A stretch of 64,000 nt of DNA from Setoptus koraiensis (Eukaryota > Animalia > Arthropoda). The notes under the pieces are model-generated. The model was not told the DNA's origin and searched no databases. It was given only the letters and a program-made list of their open reading frames with translations. Made by a program: the position numbers and the translations under genes. Below, one piece after another: positions 26,327 to 35,832 of this stretch. Positions within the stretch are counted from its first letter, which is position 1, and each line of letters begins with the position of its first letter. The stretch covers positions 22,444,001 to 22,508,000 of the forward strand of contig CM106586.1 in assembly GCA_048013815.1 (NCBI GenBank), written 5' to 3'.

Positions 26327-26349
26327 AGATTTTACTCGCCTCGAGTAAA

Positions 26350-27252
26350 TCACTGCTGAGGCCCCTTGCCTAACAGGTTGGCTTTAATTGTTTCGCCAGG
26401 CTTGACCTCACGAGGTACAACTACCAAGTAGTTGGTTTGCCGTCGTCGTAGACCGGCTGCCCATAGGGTTTCACAGGTGCGGAGAGAAACGGACTCCATA
26501 TATAATACATCGAAGTTATAATCAGGTATGTTTAGTCGTTCCTTGATTATTTTGCCAATGGCTGACGTTTTGGTATTCCTATGGACTGACATCTTGATGT
26601 CCTCTCTTCCTTTGCTGGAAATTTGTATCTCTAGGAGATCAGTACCTGTGGGATGATCGGGCCCCAAGGCTCTGTTGTTGACATTGGTCAGTATTCCGTC
26701 TATTCTGATCGGTTGTTCGACTGGCTCGCATGATGCGGCTACTGCTGGTCCGTCTGGCACCTCTGGAGGTTCTGGTGCGTTTCTTGGTGGACTAGTTGGC
26801 TCCTCTTTGACTTCTACTTTTACCTTCTTTAGGTTCACGTGAATCAATTGGGATACCTCTTGAGGTCGTTGTGTCTCTCTTTTAATAGTGGCTATAACCA
26901 ATTTCCTCTCTAATTCTTCGAGCCGATTCATGATATTGGCTTGCTTATCAAGCTGCTGTTGAGCTACAGCTTGGCCTTCTTGTAGAACGCTGATCTTCTG
27001 CTCATAGGTGCCAAGTTTCTCGGTGCAAGTCATAAGATTAAGCTCTAGAGCTTCTATTTTTTTCTTGCTGTCTTCTATTTCTTGCTTTTGCTTGACAATT
27101 AAATCGTTGAGAAAGTCAAACTTCTTTTTTAGCTGTCCACTCATGTCGACTAAACCATTCCGGACATGTCGGAGTCGGTCTCCGATGACTTCGGTGCAGA
27201 CATGTTGTTCTTCTTCGGTGAATCCGCACAACGGGCATCTAGATGTGTCCAT
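26350..27252 (-). CDS. Retrotransposon accessory ORF3 (300 aa): CxxC-x7-HxC motif, ~100-aa coiled coil, Pro-rich linker, C-terminal ubiquitin-like fold; not env
   Basis: Intact ORF between the pol stop and the 3' LTR, with the element's base composition. No signal peptide or TM segment. The C-terminal ~75 aa align by eye with the ubiquitin beta-grasp pattern. Confidence 0.85.
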   Translation of the reverse strand: MDTSRCPLCGFTEEEQHVCTEVIGDRLRHVRNGLVDMSGQLKKKFDFLNDLIVKQKQEIEDSKKKIEALELNLMTCTEKLGTYEQKISVLQEGQAVAQQQLDKQANIMNRLEELERKLVIATIKRETQRPQEVSQLIHVNLKKVKVEVKEEPTSPPRNAPEPPEVPDGPAVAASCEPVEQPIRIDGILTNVNNRALGPDHPTGTDLLEIQISSKGREDIKMSVHRNTKTSAIGKIIKERLNIPDYNFDVLYMESVSLRTCETLWAAGLRRRQTNYLVVVPREVKPGETIKANLLGKGPQQ

Positions 27253-27665
27253 TTTTGAATATTTTAATTATTTGCTAGGTCTTGACCTCTTGTTGTTGTT
27301 AAATATTTGTGTTGGTCAATGGATTGCTGTCTTGGTAATAATCAATTTATATATTAGGTCTTGACCTTGTGTATCTTAGTGTGAAATGAGCGTGGTATGG
27401 TGTGCTCGCGCATTCGAGCATGTGTGACGATAGGGTTGAGCGTGTTGTTGAGCGACACTATGGTAATGTAGTTCAACACGTTGTTTTAGGTAACAGCGCG
27501 TAAATTCAAATCGTGTTATGGCACCGGAAGTTGTGTGAATAGTTTGATTATAAGCGGTGTCATTGCTATTTCTTGATTCATGAATATTTACATAATGTTG
27601 AGATCTTGATCTTTCTAGTTGGAATTTGAGGTTTTGACCTCTATATTCTGTTCGCCCCTACCGAG

Positions 27666-30600
27666 TCAAGACTCGCCTCGAGTCTGATACTCTTTGAGGT
27701 GGTTGACGTGAACTATGAGTTCTTTCTTTGTTGAATCTTCAACTATTTGATAGTTCAAATCACTAAATTTTTTGACAACTGTATATGGACCACGGTATTT
27801 GATCTTAAATTTTTTCGATTCGCCTGCATGGTAATGCGGTCGATATAACAAAACTTTCTGACCTACAGCAAACGTTTTCTCTCGATGGTTCTCGTTGTGA
27901 CGAGTAATTCTTGTTTGCTGATTCTTCTGGATAAGCTTTTGAGCGAAGCTTCGTAGCTCTTGTCGCTTCTCGTGGTCGTGACCATCTTTTTGAATTGTTT
28001 CTAGCATTAAATCAATTGGTAGTGTTGGCTCTCTGCCAAACACTAGCACATATGGCAGTTGCTTGTGAGATTCATGTATAGTTGTGTTATAGGCGTAGGC
28101 CAGGGCCTCGACATATGAACACCAACTCTTCGGCTTGTCATGAGCAAAGATTGCTAATTGATTGCCTAATGTCTTGTTGTATCTCTCCACCTGTCCGTTA
28201 CCTTGCGGTCTGTAAGGACTGGTAGTTCGGTGTTTGATCCTGTTGGACTCAAAAAATTGTTCCATCACGTCCGAAGTCAAATTCGAACCATTATCGGTGA
28301 TTATAGTGTTCGGAAAACCATACGCGTAGAACACATTGAGTTCTAGAACTCGTTTAATTATGTCACTGGACGCTTCCTTAATTGCCTTGGCAATGACAAA
28401 CTTTGTTAAATAATCGGTTATCGTAATTATGTACTGATTACGTAACGATGATGGTGGCAAAGGTCCAATGAGGTCTAGACCTAATGTTTCAAAGATTTGT
28501 GATGGAATTGGTATCGAACCAAGTAAACCATACGGTTTATCATGTCTACTCTTCCGCTTCTGACAGATATCGCATGTCTTGACATATTTATGCACATCTT
28601 CTTGAAGAGTGTTCCAGAAAAATCTGTCTCTAACTGAATTAAGTGTTCGTTTGCCAAAGTGACCACCCGTTGGTTGGTCGTGCATAATGTTCAGCACATT
28701 ACTGACCATTGACTTTGGGAGCATCAACAAGTAATTAGTTGTGTGAGGTCTGCGACCTCGTCTATACAACTTGCCGTCAATTAATTTAAACTTCTTCATT
28801 AAGCCTTTCGCTTGCTTCGGTTTCAATTGTGGCTGTTGTAGAATCTCAATGATCTTCTTGAGATCTTCTTGCTTGAGTTGTTCTGTTGCTACGTCTTTAA
28901 TTGGCAACAACGGTAATGCTATATCCTCTTGAGGAGTCGTAGTTCGTCTTGATCTGGTGACCACATTCACTGGCCACGTTGGTACGTCGTCGCTGTACGT
29001 CTTGACGTTCTCACTATCCTCTGGATATCTTGATAAACAGTCAGCATCGTTGTGGCTACGACCTGTATTATATTGTATCTTAAATTTATACTCCTGGAGT
29101 AACAAAGCCCACTTAATTAGTCGACCTAACGGGTCTTTGAGGCTCATGAGCCAACACAAAGCATGATGATCTGTTTGAATTGTGAACTCATGACCGAATA
29201 AGTAAGTTCTCCAATGAGTTACGCAATGAACTAAAGCTAAGCATTCTTTATGAGTTGTCGAATAGTTTAGTTCTGCTCCCTGTAACTTTCTGCTGGTGAA
29301 TGCTATTACACCTTTCTTCACAGAGTCCTGACTCTCTTGCAACAAAACACCGCCTAGACCATAGCCTGAGGCATCACATCTGATTGTCAGGTGTCCTTTC
29401 TGGTCGTAATGGACAAGCACCGGCGGATTGGTTAGCTTCCTCTTGAGGACTTCTAATGCAACTTCCGCTTCCGGTGTCCATTGGAATTTTTGTTTCGTTC
29501 TTAGAGTGTCTGTTATTGGCTTTGCGTGACTCGCAAAGTCCTTGATGTAACGCCTAAAGAAATTGCACATCCCCATGAAGCTACGTGCTTCAGTGAGGCT
29601 CTTCGGGCTTCGAAATTGCGTAATCGCAGTTATCTTCGACGGGTCGGGCTTGATACCTTCGGGTGTAACTATGTGGCCCAGATACATGATTGAGTTGAAT
29701 GCCATCTCGCATTTCTTTGCATTCAACCTGATGTTGGCCTCATGAAGGCGCCCAAAAAGTTTCTCTAGAGAACTCAAATGTTGTTCAAACGTCTGCGTGT
29801 AGACTAATACGTCGTCATAGAACACAAAACATTCGTTCTCCATGTTACGAGTTACGTCATTCATTACTCGCATCGCGGTCATCGGGGCTGACACCAAGCC
29901 AAACGGCATAACGTTGAACTCATATTGGCCTAAGTGTACCACGAAAGCTGTCTTTTGGCGATCTTCGTCGCACATCTGGACTTGCCAGTACATGGCTTTC
30001 ACGTCTAGCTTACTAAACCAGTGATTACCTGATAGATTCTCTAGCACTTGTTCCATATTTGGAATCGGATAGGCGTCAGTCTTTGTTATCTTGTTCAATT
30101 TGCGATAATCCACGCAAAATCGAAGGTCTGACGTACCTCTTTTCTTCACTAAGACGACTGGACTAGCCCAAGGGCTCCTTGATGGTCGTATTATTTGTGC
30201 ATCTAACATTTTCTCTACCATGGTCTTAATAACTTCACGTTCCTTCTTGGATACGTAGTAAGGTTTGGTTGCAATCGGTGATGCTTCACCTGTATCTATG
30301 TGGTGACGGATGTGAGGTACTAAACCTATCTCTTCGTCATTGCTGACAAATATTGACTTGTGTTTGTCTATCATATTCTTCAATGCGCTGCGTTGTTTAT
30401 CTTCTAGAAGATTATTTATCACTATATCTTCATGACAACTTGCACTTTCTCGTTGGTCCAGACCACTTATTGAACCGACATTGGTATTCTTGTCGATGTA
30501 GACAGTATTGTTCGACACATTAAATACTTCTATTGTTGATGGTCTGTTCTTTATCACACCTGGAACAAACGAAAGTCCAGACTTATGATGAGGTTCGATG

Positions 30601-32708
30601 ATTAACAATTCATCTTCTATGTTTTGAGGTTTCACTAACATCACCGCTCTATGAGCCGGTGGAATGATTGTATGTTGACACGACTTGAGAACTGGTTCTT
30701 CTTTATCACTGTCGTTCTGTTCTATAAGTGTCACTTGGTTGATCTTGATCACTCCTTTCGGATATTCAATAAACAATTCTTGTTTTGATTTATCTTCCTC
30801 TGGTTCGATGGCGTTGATTGTGTTGAGTTCTTGAACTTCCGTATCACATTGACAACAATTGTCTACCTTCAGAGGTCGACTGTTCTCTATGTATCGACGA
30901 GCATATCGATCGATGTAACGGTCATGATACGTCACGACGTTGTCCGGAAATGACATAACCATACCTGCCTTGTGGGCGTAATCTCTACCCAACAGTACAT
31001 CAGGTGCGTTACGTAAGATGAGGGCCGAAATTGTTATAGTCCGTTGGTCATAGACTATAAACAATTCGCAATATCCAAGTGGCGCTTCTTGATGACCATC
31101 TGCCAATCTGACCAGCGGTCCTTTCCATCGATAGACCGGTGTCCACGTCTTTTCTGCCAAGCTTGCGGGTATTATCGTACAAAAGGCACCTGAATCCAGG
31201 GTTGCCTTGAGTTCCACTCCGTTGACTCTGACATTGAGGACCTGAAATGGGTCTCGCTTTCCACTTGTGGATATGTTTGCAACTTCAACTGATGATAATC
31301 CATCTCTTTCAGTTGATAACAACGACTCGATCTCTGGAGATTCTTCTCTGTAATTGAGGTAAATGCCTGGTTGCTGTTCGGCCGCATTCACCTTCCTTGA
31401 TCTCGCTGGATATTTCGGTGTCGTTGCCTCTGCGGGCTTCTCTACTTTCTCTTGAGAATTCTTCTCTTGTGACCATTTAGGACATGTCCTTACATAATGG
31501 CCTTTCTCTTTACAGTGGTGGCATTCGACGTTCTTCATACGTTCTTGCCTAGCCACTTCATTTTCTTTTTTGGGTGATGGTGGTGACTTTCTCGGTTCGT
31601 AAGGCTTCCTCGTATACCGCGTTGTCTTCTCTGTTCGTTTATTCTTCCATGAAACGTTCAAGAGCTTGACCATTCTTAATAGATTGACTAGCGTTTGAGG
31701 ATCATGCATCTTCACGGTCTCTTGAGACTCACTATCTAACCCTTTTATCACATACGAGATGATAGCTCGTTCGGACATGTTCTTATCTAACATCCGACAC
31801 AGCTCGATCACTCGATCATAATAGCTCAGAGGAGATTCTGTAGGGTCTCGACCCACCATTCTGAGTTTTTCTCTGAGTATGTCTTCTTCGTTGCCGATGA
31901 AGAAGTGTTGTTTGAATTTATCTTCAAATTCTAACCAAGTTCTTGGATTTCTATCACTGAATGTATTGTGATACCATGATCTGGCACTGCCCTCTAATGA
32001 TCCCCTGGCTTGGGCGATCTTGACTGGTTCAGTCCACGAATTAATATCAGCAATATCATTGAATTTAAACAAGAACTCCATGGAGTCATCAGCGTCTCCC
32101 TTGAAGACTGGAGCTCTTCTAGCTTCTATCTTCTGATGTATAACGATCGTTGCCTCTCTCGCTGGTAACGTCGAACTTGTTTCATTGTCGCTTAAATCGA
32201 GCAACAGTGTGTTGTCGGTTGCGTCCTGAGCATGCGTTCGTCGTTCATCCGGAACCGACTTATCAACAGGCGCGCGATTCGAACCGACTTCTTGAGGTCT
32301 CGGGCTCTCGAGCCTCCCTAATAAGAGATTCATCATTCTCTCGTTCGACTCTTGTATCGCCGACAGGATATTCATATTCTGTCTCTCACTAGATTCTTGT
32401 ATCGTTGTCAAGATATCTCGATTTTGGTTCGTCAAGAGCTCCATTGACTTCCAGAAGTCCTCTTTTGATTCACGTTGATATATAGATGTCTGAATCGAAT
32501 GTTGTACCAACAAACTCAATGATTCCTGTAAGGTCGGCGTGACATCACCTGTATTCTCTTCATCCAGTAGACTCATTCGAGACTGCTCAACCTGACCCTC
32601 AGGTATTGTTTCTTGAGTATCTGTACTCTTGGCAGCTTGACTTCTTGTCGTAACTCCTGGTTTCTCTTGAGAATTACCGAGGTTCTTTGTCTGGTCTTGA
32701 CCACTCAT
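27666..32708 (-). CDS. Gag-Pol polyprotein (1680 aa) in a single frame
   Basis: Capsid-like region (PVFKGDADD...SARSWY), CCHC knuckle CHHCKEKGHYVRTC, protease LDSGA, RT (WASPVVLV, LRFCVDYRKLN, MPFGL, FYDD), RNase H (CDASGYGLG, TDH, DCLSR), integrase HHCC + D,D(35)E (LDLIGP, TDNGSN, ERYN) and GPY module. Confidence 0.97.
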   Translation of the reverse strand: MSGQDQTKNLGNSQEKPGVTTRSQAAKSTDTQETIPEGQVEQSRMSLLDEENTGDVTPTLQESLSLLVQHSIQTSIYQRESKEDFWKSMELLTNQNRDILTTIQESSERQNMNILSAIQESNERMMNLLLGRLESPRPQEVGSNRAPVDKSVPDERRTHAQDATDNTLLLDLSDNETSSTLPAREATIVIHQKIEARRAPVFKGDADDSMEFLFKFNDIADINSWTEPVKIAQARGSLEGSARSWYHNTFSDRNPRTWLEFEDKFKQHFFIGNEEDILREKLRMVGRDPTESPLSYYDRVIELCRMLDKNMSERAIISYVIKGLDSESQETVKMHDPQTLVNLLRMVKLLNVSWKNKRTEKTTRYTRKPYEPRKSPPSPKKENEVARQERMKNVECHHCKEKGHYVRTCPKWSQEKNSQEKVEKPAEATTPKYPARSRKVNAAEQQPGIYLNYREESPEIESLLSTERDGLSSVEVANISTSGKRDPFQVLNVRVNGVELKATLDSGAFCTIIPASLAEKTWTPVYRWKGPLVRLADGHQEAPLGYCELFIVYDQRTITISALILRNAPDVLLGRDYAHKAGMVMSFPDNVVTYHDRYIDRYARRYIENSRPLKVDNCCQCDTEVQELNTINAIEPEEDKSKQELFIEYPKGVIKINQVTLIEQNDSDKEEPVLKSCQHTIIPPAHRAVMLVKPQNIEDELLIIEPHHKSGLSFVPGVIKNRPSTIEVFNVSNNTVYIDKNTNVGSISGLDQRESASCHEDIVINNLLEDKQRSALKNMIDKHKSIFVSNDEEIGLVPHIRHHIDTGEASPIATKPYYVSKKEREVIKTMVEKMLDAQIIRPSRSPWASPVVLVKKRGTSDLRFCVDYRKLNKITKTDAYPIPNMEQVLENLSGNHWFSKLDVKAMYWQVQMCDEDRQKTAFVVHLGQYEFNVMPFGLVSAPMTAMRVMNDVTRNMENECFVFYDDVLVYTQTFEQHLSSLEKLFGRLHEANIRLNAKKCEMAFNSIMYLGHIVTPEGIKPDPSKITAITQFRSPKSLTEARSFMGMCNFFRRYIKDFASHAKPITDTLRTKQKFQWTPEAEVALEVLKRKLTNPPVLVHYDQKGHLTIRCDASGYGLGGVLLQESQDSVKKGVIAFTSRKLQGAELNYSTTHKECLALVHCVTHWRTYLFGHEFTIQTDHHALCWLMSLKDPLGRLIKWALLLQEYKFKIQYNTGRSHNDADCLSRYPEDSENVKTYSDDVPTWPVNVVTRSRRTTTPQEDIALPLLPIKDVATEQLKQEDLKKIIEILQQPQLKPKQAKGLMKKFKLIDGKLYRRGRRPHTTNYLLMLPKSMVSNVLNIMHDQPTGGHFGKRTLNSVRDRFFWNTLQEDVHKYVKTCDICQKRKSRHDKPYGLLGSIPIPSQIFETLGLDLIGPLPPSSLRNQYIITITDYLTKFVIAKAIKEASSDIIKRVLELNVFYAYGFPNTIITDNGSNLTSDVMEQFFESNRIKHRTTSPYRPQGNGQVERYNKTLGNQLAIFAHDKPKSWCSYVEALAYAYNTTIHESHKQLPYVLVFGREPTLPIDLMLETIQKDGHDHEKRQELRSFAQKLIQKNQQTRITRHNENHREKTFAVGQKVLLYRPHYHAGESKKFKIKYRGPYTVVKKFSDLNYQIVEDSTKKELIVHVNHLKEYQTRGES

Positions 32709-32940
32709 ATCTATATTTCTCTATCAACTGAATTCAGGAATTCAAATTATCAATGGCAGTTCTTGAACTCTTGCCTCCTCTACTAACCGAATATCGTTTT
32801 GTTCTGATAGCTTTTGAGCTTTCTCTTAGCTCCTGAGCTCTATCAATTTTCTATAGCTTCTGAGCTTCTTTATACCTAATTAGCTCCTGAGCTTGTCCAC
32901 GAGTTCTTTCTCGGTGAGATAACCTGATCAATAGGCTTCT

Positions 32941-32954
32941 CGGCGTCTCCACCA
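32941..32954 (-). other. Primer-binding site TGGTGGAGACGCCG, probably for tRNA-Ala
   Basis: Lies 2 nt inside the 5' LTR. It is complementary to a tRNA 3' end CGGCGTCTCCACCA; eukaryotic tRNA-Ala ends ...CGGCATCTCCACCA (recalled, not searched). Confidence 0.8.
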
Positions 32955-32956
32955 AT

Positions 32957-33201
32957 TGTAACGATCGTATCGGTCTGGTAGGCTATTCTGGGGGCGTTTA
33001 CTTTTTGATAGGCCACGGCCTCTTTATTATACATATATTTGTACAGTGAGTGAGTACTTGATTATAGTGAGTATTGAGCGAATGAGTGAGTGAACGCGAC
33101 TCATGAGTGAATATCGACTCAGTGACTTGAGTCGGTTTATATAGCCCTCGTGAGGGCGACCCCTAGCGGGTTAGTTTGACGGGGCGGATTCGACCGTCAC
33201 A
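32957..33201 (-). repeat. 5' LTR (245 bp)
   Basis: Paired with 26070-26314. TATATAAA at 33143-33136 on the minus strand. Confidence 0.97.
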
Positions 33202-34916
33202 GTGCACGCGGCCAATTGTTTCAATTTCGCTGCCCGTCCGGTGGCCCCTTCAGCGTGCCGAATCGCTTCGAAGCGCTCGCCGATCGGTTCGAGTCGGGCG
33301 GGCAACCATCGGATCGCGGGACGGCCGCAGCAATTTGATGGTTGCCCGCCCGACGCGCCGCCTCAATATAATGGGGGCCCCGTTTTATACGGGCCGTATG
33401 ATGCAATATAATGCAGTGCAGTGCCGGCTAATTGTGTGTCTGTGTGCACCATTTACCGCGCCCGATGCGGCGCCGGCCCGGCCGTATAATTTGCTGGCCG
33501 GCTGGCTGACGAGCGCAATAACATGACGTATTTCATCTTTTTCGCGGCTCCGCCGCTGAAATGTATTAATAAATCTAACTTATGCGGCTTATGCCGGCGC
33601 ACACTGTGCGTCGGGCGCACTCGCGGGCCCCAACGGGGCCCCTCCGAGGCACCCCCAACTGAGCGTGTAATAGAGCCCGGCGAGCAGCACAAATGTTCAT
33701 ATGCGAGTCTATAGTGAGTCTATGGCGAGTTTTTAGTGAGTTTACAGCGAGCGCCGCGAACCTTGTCGCGCTCTCAAGTCGCTTCGCCTCGCTTCTCGAA
33801 CACGACTCACTTTCGAGAGAATATCCGGATAAAAATGTAGCGACAGCGACACAAGGACAACGGGGATTAGGGCACGGGCCGGCGCAAGTTTATCCGCACA
33901 ACATCGTCTTGCGATGCTTGATTGACCAGACGGTGTGTTGGCTGTAAAATGCTCACTGCTCCATTTATTATCCATGTATTATCCGCGCACAGAGATTACC
34001 CGCTCGCCGTGTATCTACAACTGTGATTATTTGTATCGCGGGGCGGCCACTTGATCAGCGACACGCTGGCAGCGTCGCGCCAGCGACGACGACATCACGA
34101 TGCGATTCGAGCGCCCCTCGCGGGGCCCCCGAATGCGACACTTTATATTCTTGGGACGTGTCGGCACGTGAAATTGTCAACAATCCATTGGCCAAACTCA
34201 CGTGAATGGGGCCCCAACGCGCGCACACACACGCGGAATGTCGAATGAGATTTATGTCAAACAAAGATTATCCATCAATACAAATAAACAACCAACAATC
34301 AATGCGCAATGATAGGCTCGCCCCGTTGCCGTCCATGAATATCCGTGCATGCGCTGCATGCAGTCCCCTCGGCGTTGTCGTTATTTCATCTCTTTATATC
34401 CATCTATCATATCGTTATATCATGTGTGTCGCTGGCAAGCTGCTGGCCGGGCTCCACGGGCCCAGCAAATGAGCAGACGAGCGATAACGAAAAGTTAAAC
34501 ATGCCAGCAAAAAAATGACTGGCCGGCGTGGCAAACATCACAATTTACCAGCAAACATCTCAGAGAAAAAGCACTTAAATCCGCGCCGATGCCAACCGCC
34601 AAAATGATTGATTTTTATGTTTATGTTTGTATAGTGTGCTTGTATCGGTCCGCTTGAGGCTCCCACAACGATTCGCTAAGAGTAATTCGAAGCGAGGCGC
34701 TCACCTTTTCTGAGCGCTGTGACACGCTGGATCGTAACAGCGCGCAAACTCACATGCCAGTTCAAATGGGGCCGAGCAGCGATTGGGGGCCCATCTCGAG
34801 GCCAACTATCGCACCACGCGCGCGTTACTGGCATCGGACTCCGCTGATCGGAGGCACACGAAAATTTAGACAGGGCCGTTTGCTCAACGTGCGAAATCTC
34901 GCCGTACAATATCTCG

Positions 34917-35265
34917 AATCATATATTACATATTTATATATATATATGTAATAGAGACTCCTCACCTCCCGAGTCACCCACGATAGTGGTTGGATTTGCA
35001 CCTCGGGAGGGAGAGGAATCTACAGGCGCTGCCTGTTGTAGCGACAACGACAACAACGACAGATAGATTATAACGAGGACTCTACAGAGTGGCCGTGAAG
35101 TCCTCGTTATAATCTATCTGTTGTTTGTTGTTGCTGTCGCTACAACAGGCAGCGCCTGTATATTCCTCTCCCTCCCGAGGTGCAAATCCAACCACTGTCG
35201 TGGGTGACTCGGGAGGTGAGGAGTCTTTATTACATATCTATATAAATATGTAAATATATATGATT
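34917..35265. repeat. ~350-bp fold-back inverted repeat (arms ~165 bp, 17-nt loop at 35082-35098)
   Basis: gagactcctcacctcccgagtcaccc... at 34954 pairs with ...gggtgactcgggaggtgaggagtct at ~35202-35226. About 6 substitutions and 1 indel in the core. No TSD found. Confidence 0.95.
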
Positions 35266-35412
35266 GGGGTGATTGGCGGCCGCGCCAGCAGCAGTTTGGC
35301 GTTTCTCTCTAGGTGTTTTGATACCCTGGGCCGGGATATCTACGATTGATCCCGAAATATCCGGAGTGCTGTTTGATCATCATTTTTACGGGTCAATTTA
35401 TGGCGGATAGAG

Positions 35413-35832
35413 TCAGACACAGATGGGCGAGTAACATTGACATGACACTTGATAATCCGAATCGGAGACCGTCTTCCCGAGCCTCTTAATTGATGATGCC
35501 TCCACGGCCGAAACTATTATTATACTATTAATATGTTCGCCACCAATGTGTTCATATATATACTTGGCCATGGGGGTGCCTTCGATACCTTTGGTACGTT
35601 TAAATGGTTTTAAATATACCAGATATAAGGTTAAACCGTTGGATCGTTTCTGCCTCGCTCACCCTTTGATATTATCATAATATTATTATGACGACATAAG
35701 GCCATGCTTGAAAAGTGACGCTTGAGTGTCTTCTTTGTCCGCATACTTGAAATCTTCAACTTTCTGTCCGAAGAGCTCGTCGAGGGCATCGTTTAGAGAA
35801 TCAATTGCATCAATCAACTCGTTTGGCCAGTT
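35413..35832 (-). pseudogene. Possible decayed coding sequence of unknown origin
   Basis: One frame reads for 140 codons with only three internal stops (two adjacent TAA, one TGA) and protein-like composition. No family recognised. Confidence 0.3.

Larger units (their letters stand above)
26070..33201 (-). mobile_element. Full-length Ty3/gypsy (Metaviridae-type) LTR retrotransposon, 7132 bp
   Basis: Two 245-bp direct repeats with TG...CA ends. 4-bp TSD GTGC at 26066-26069 and 33202-33205. PBS, short PPT, and domain order gag-PR-RT-RNaseH-IN. Confidence 0.97.

Noticed and set aside
26350-27252. ORF3 as an envelope gene
   Set aside because: No signal peptide, TM anchor, furin site plus fusion peptide, or glycosylation-rich ectodomain.
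28640-28670. Apparent one-residue deletion in the integrase Zn-finger region (GHFGKRTL)
   Set aside because: Cannot be told apart from natural clade variation without an alignment.
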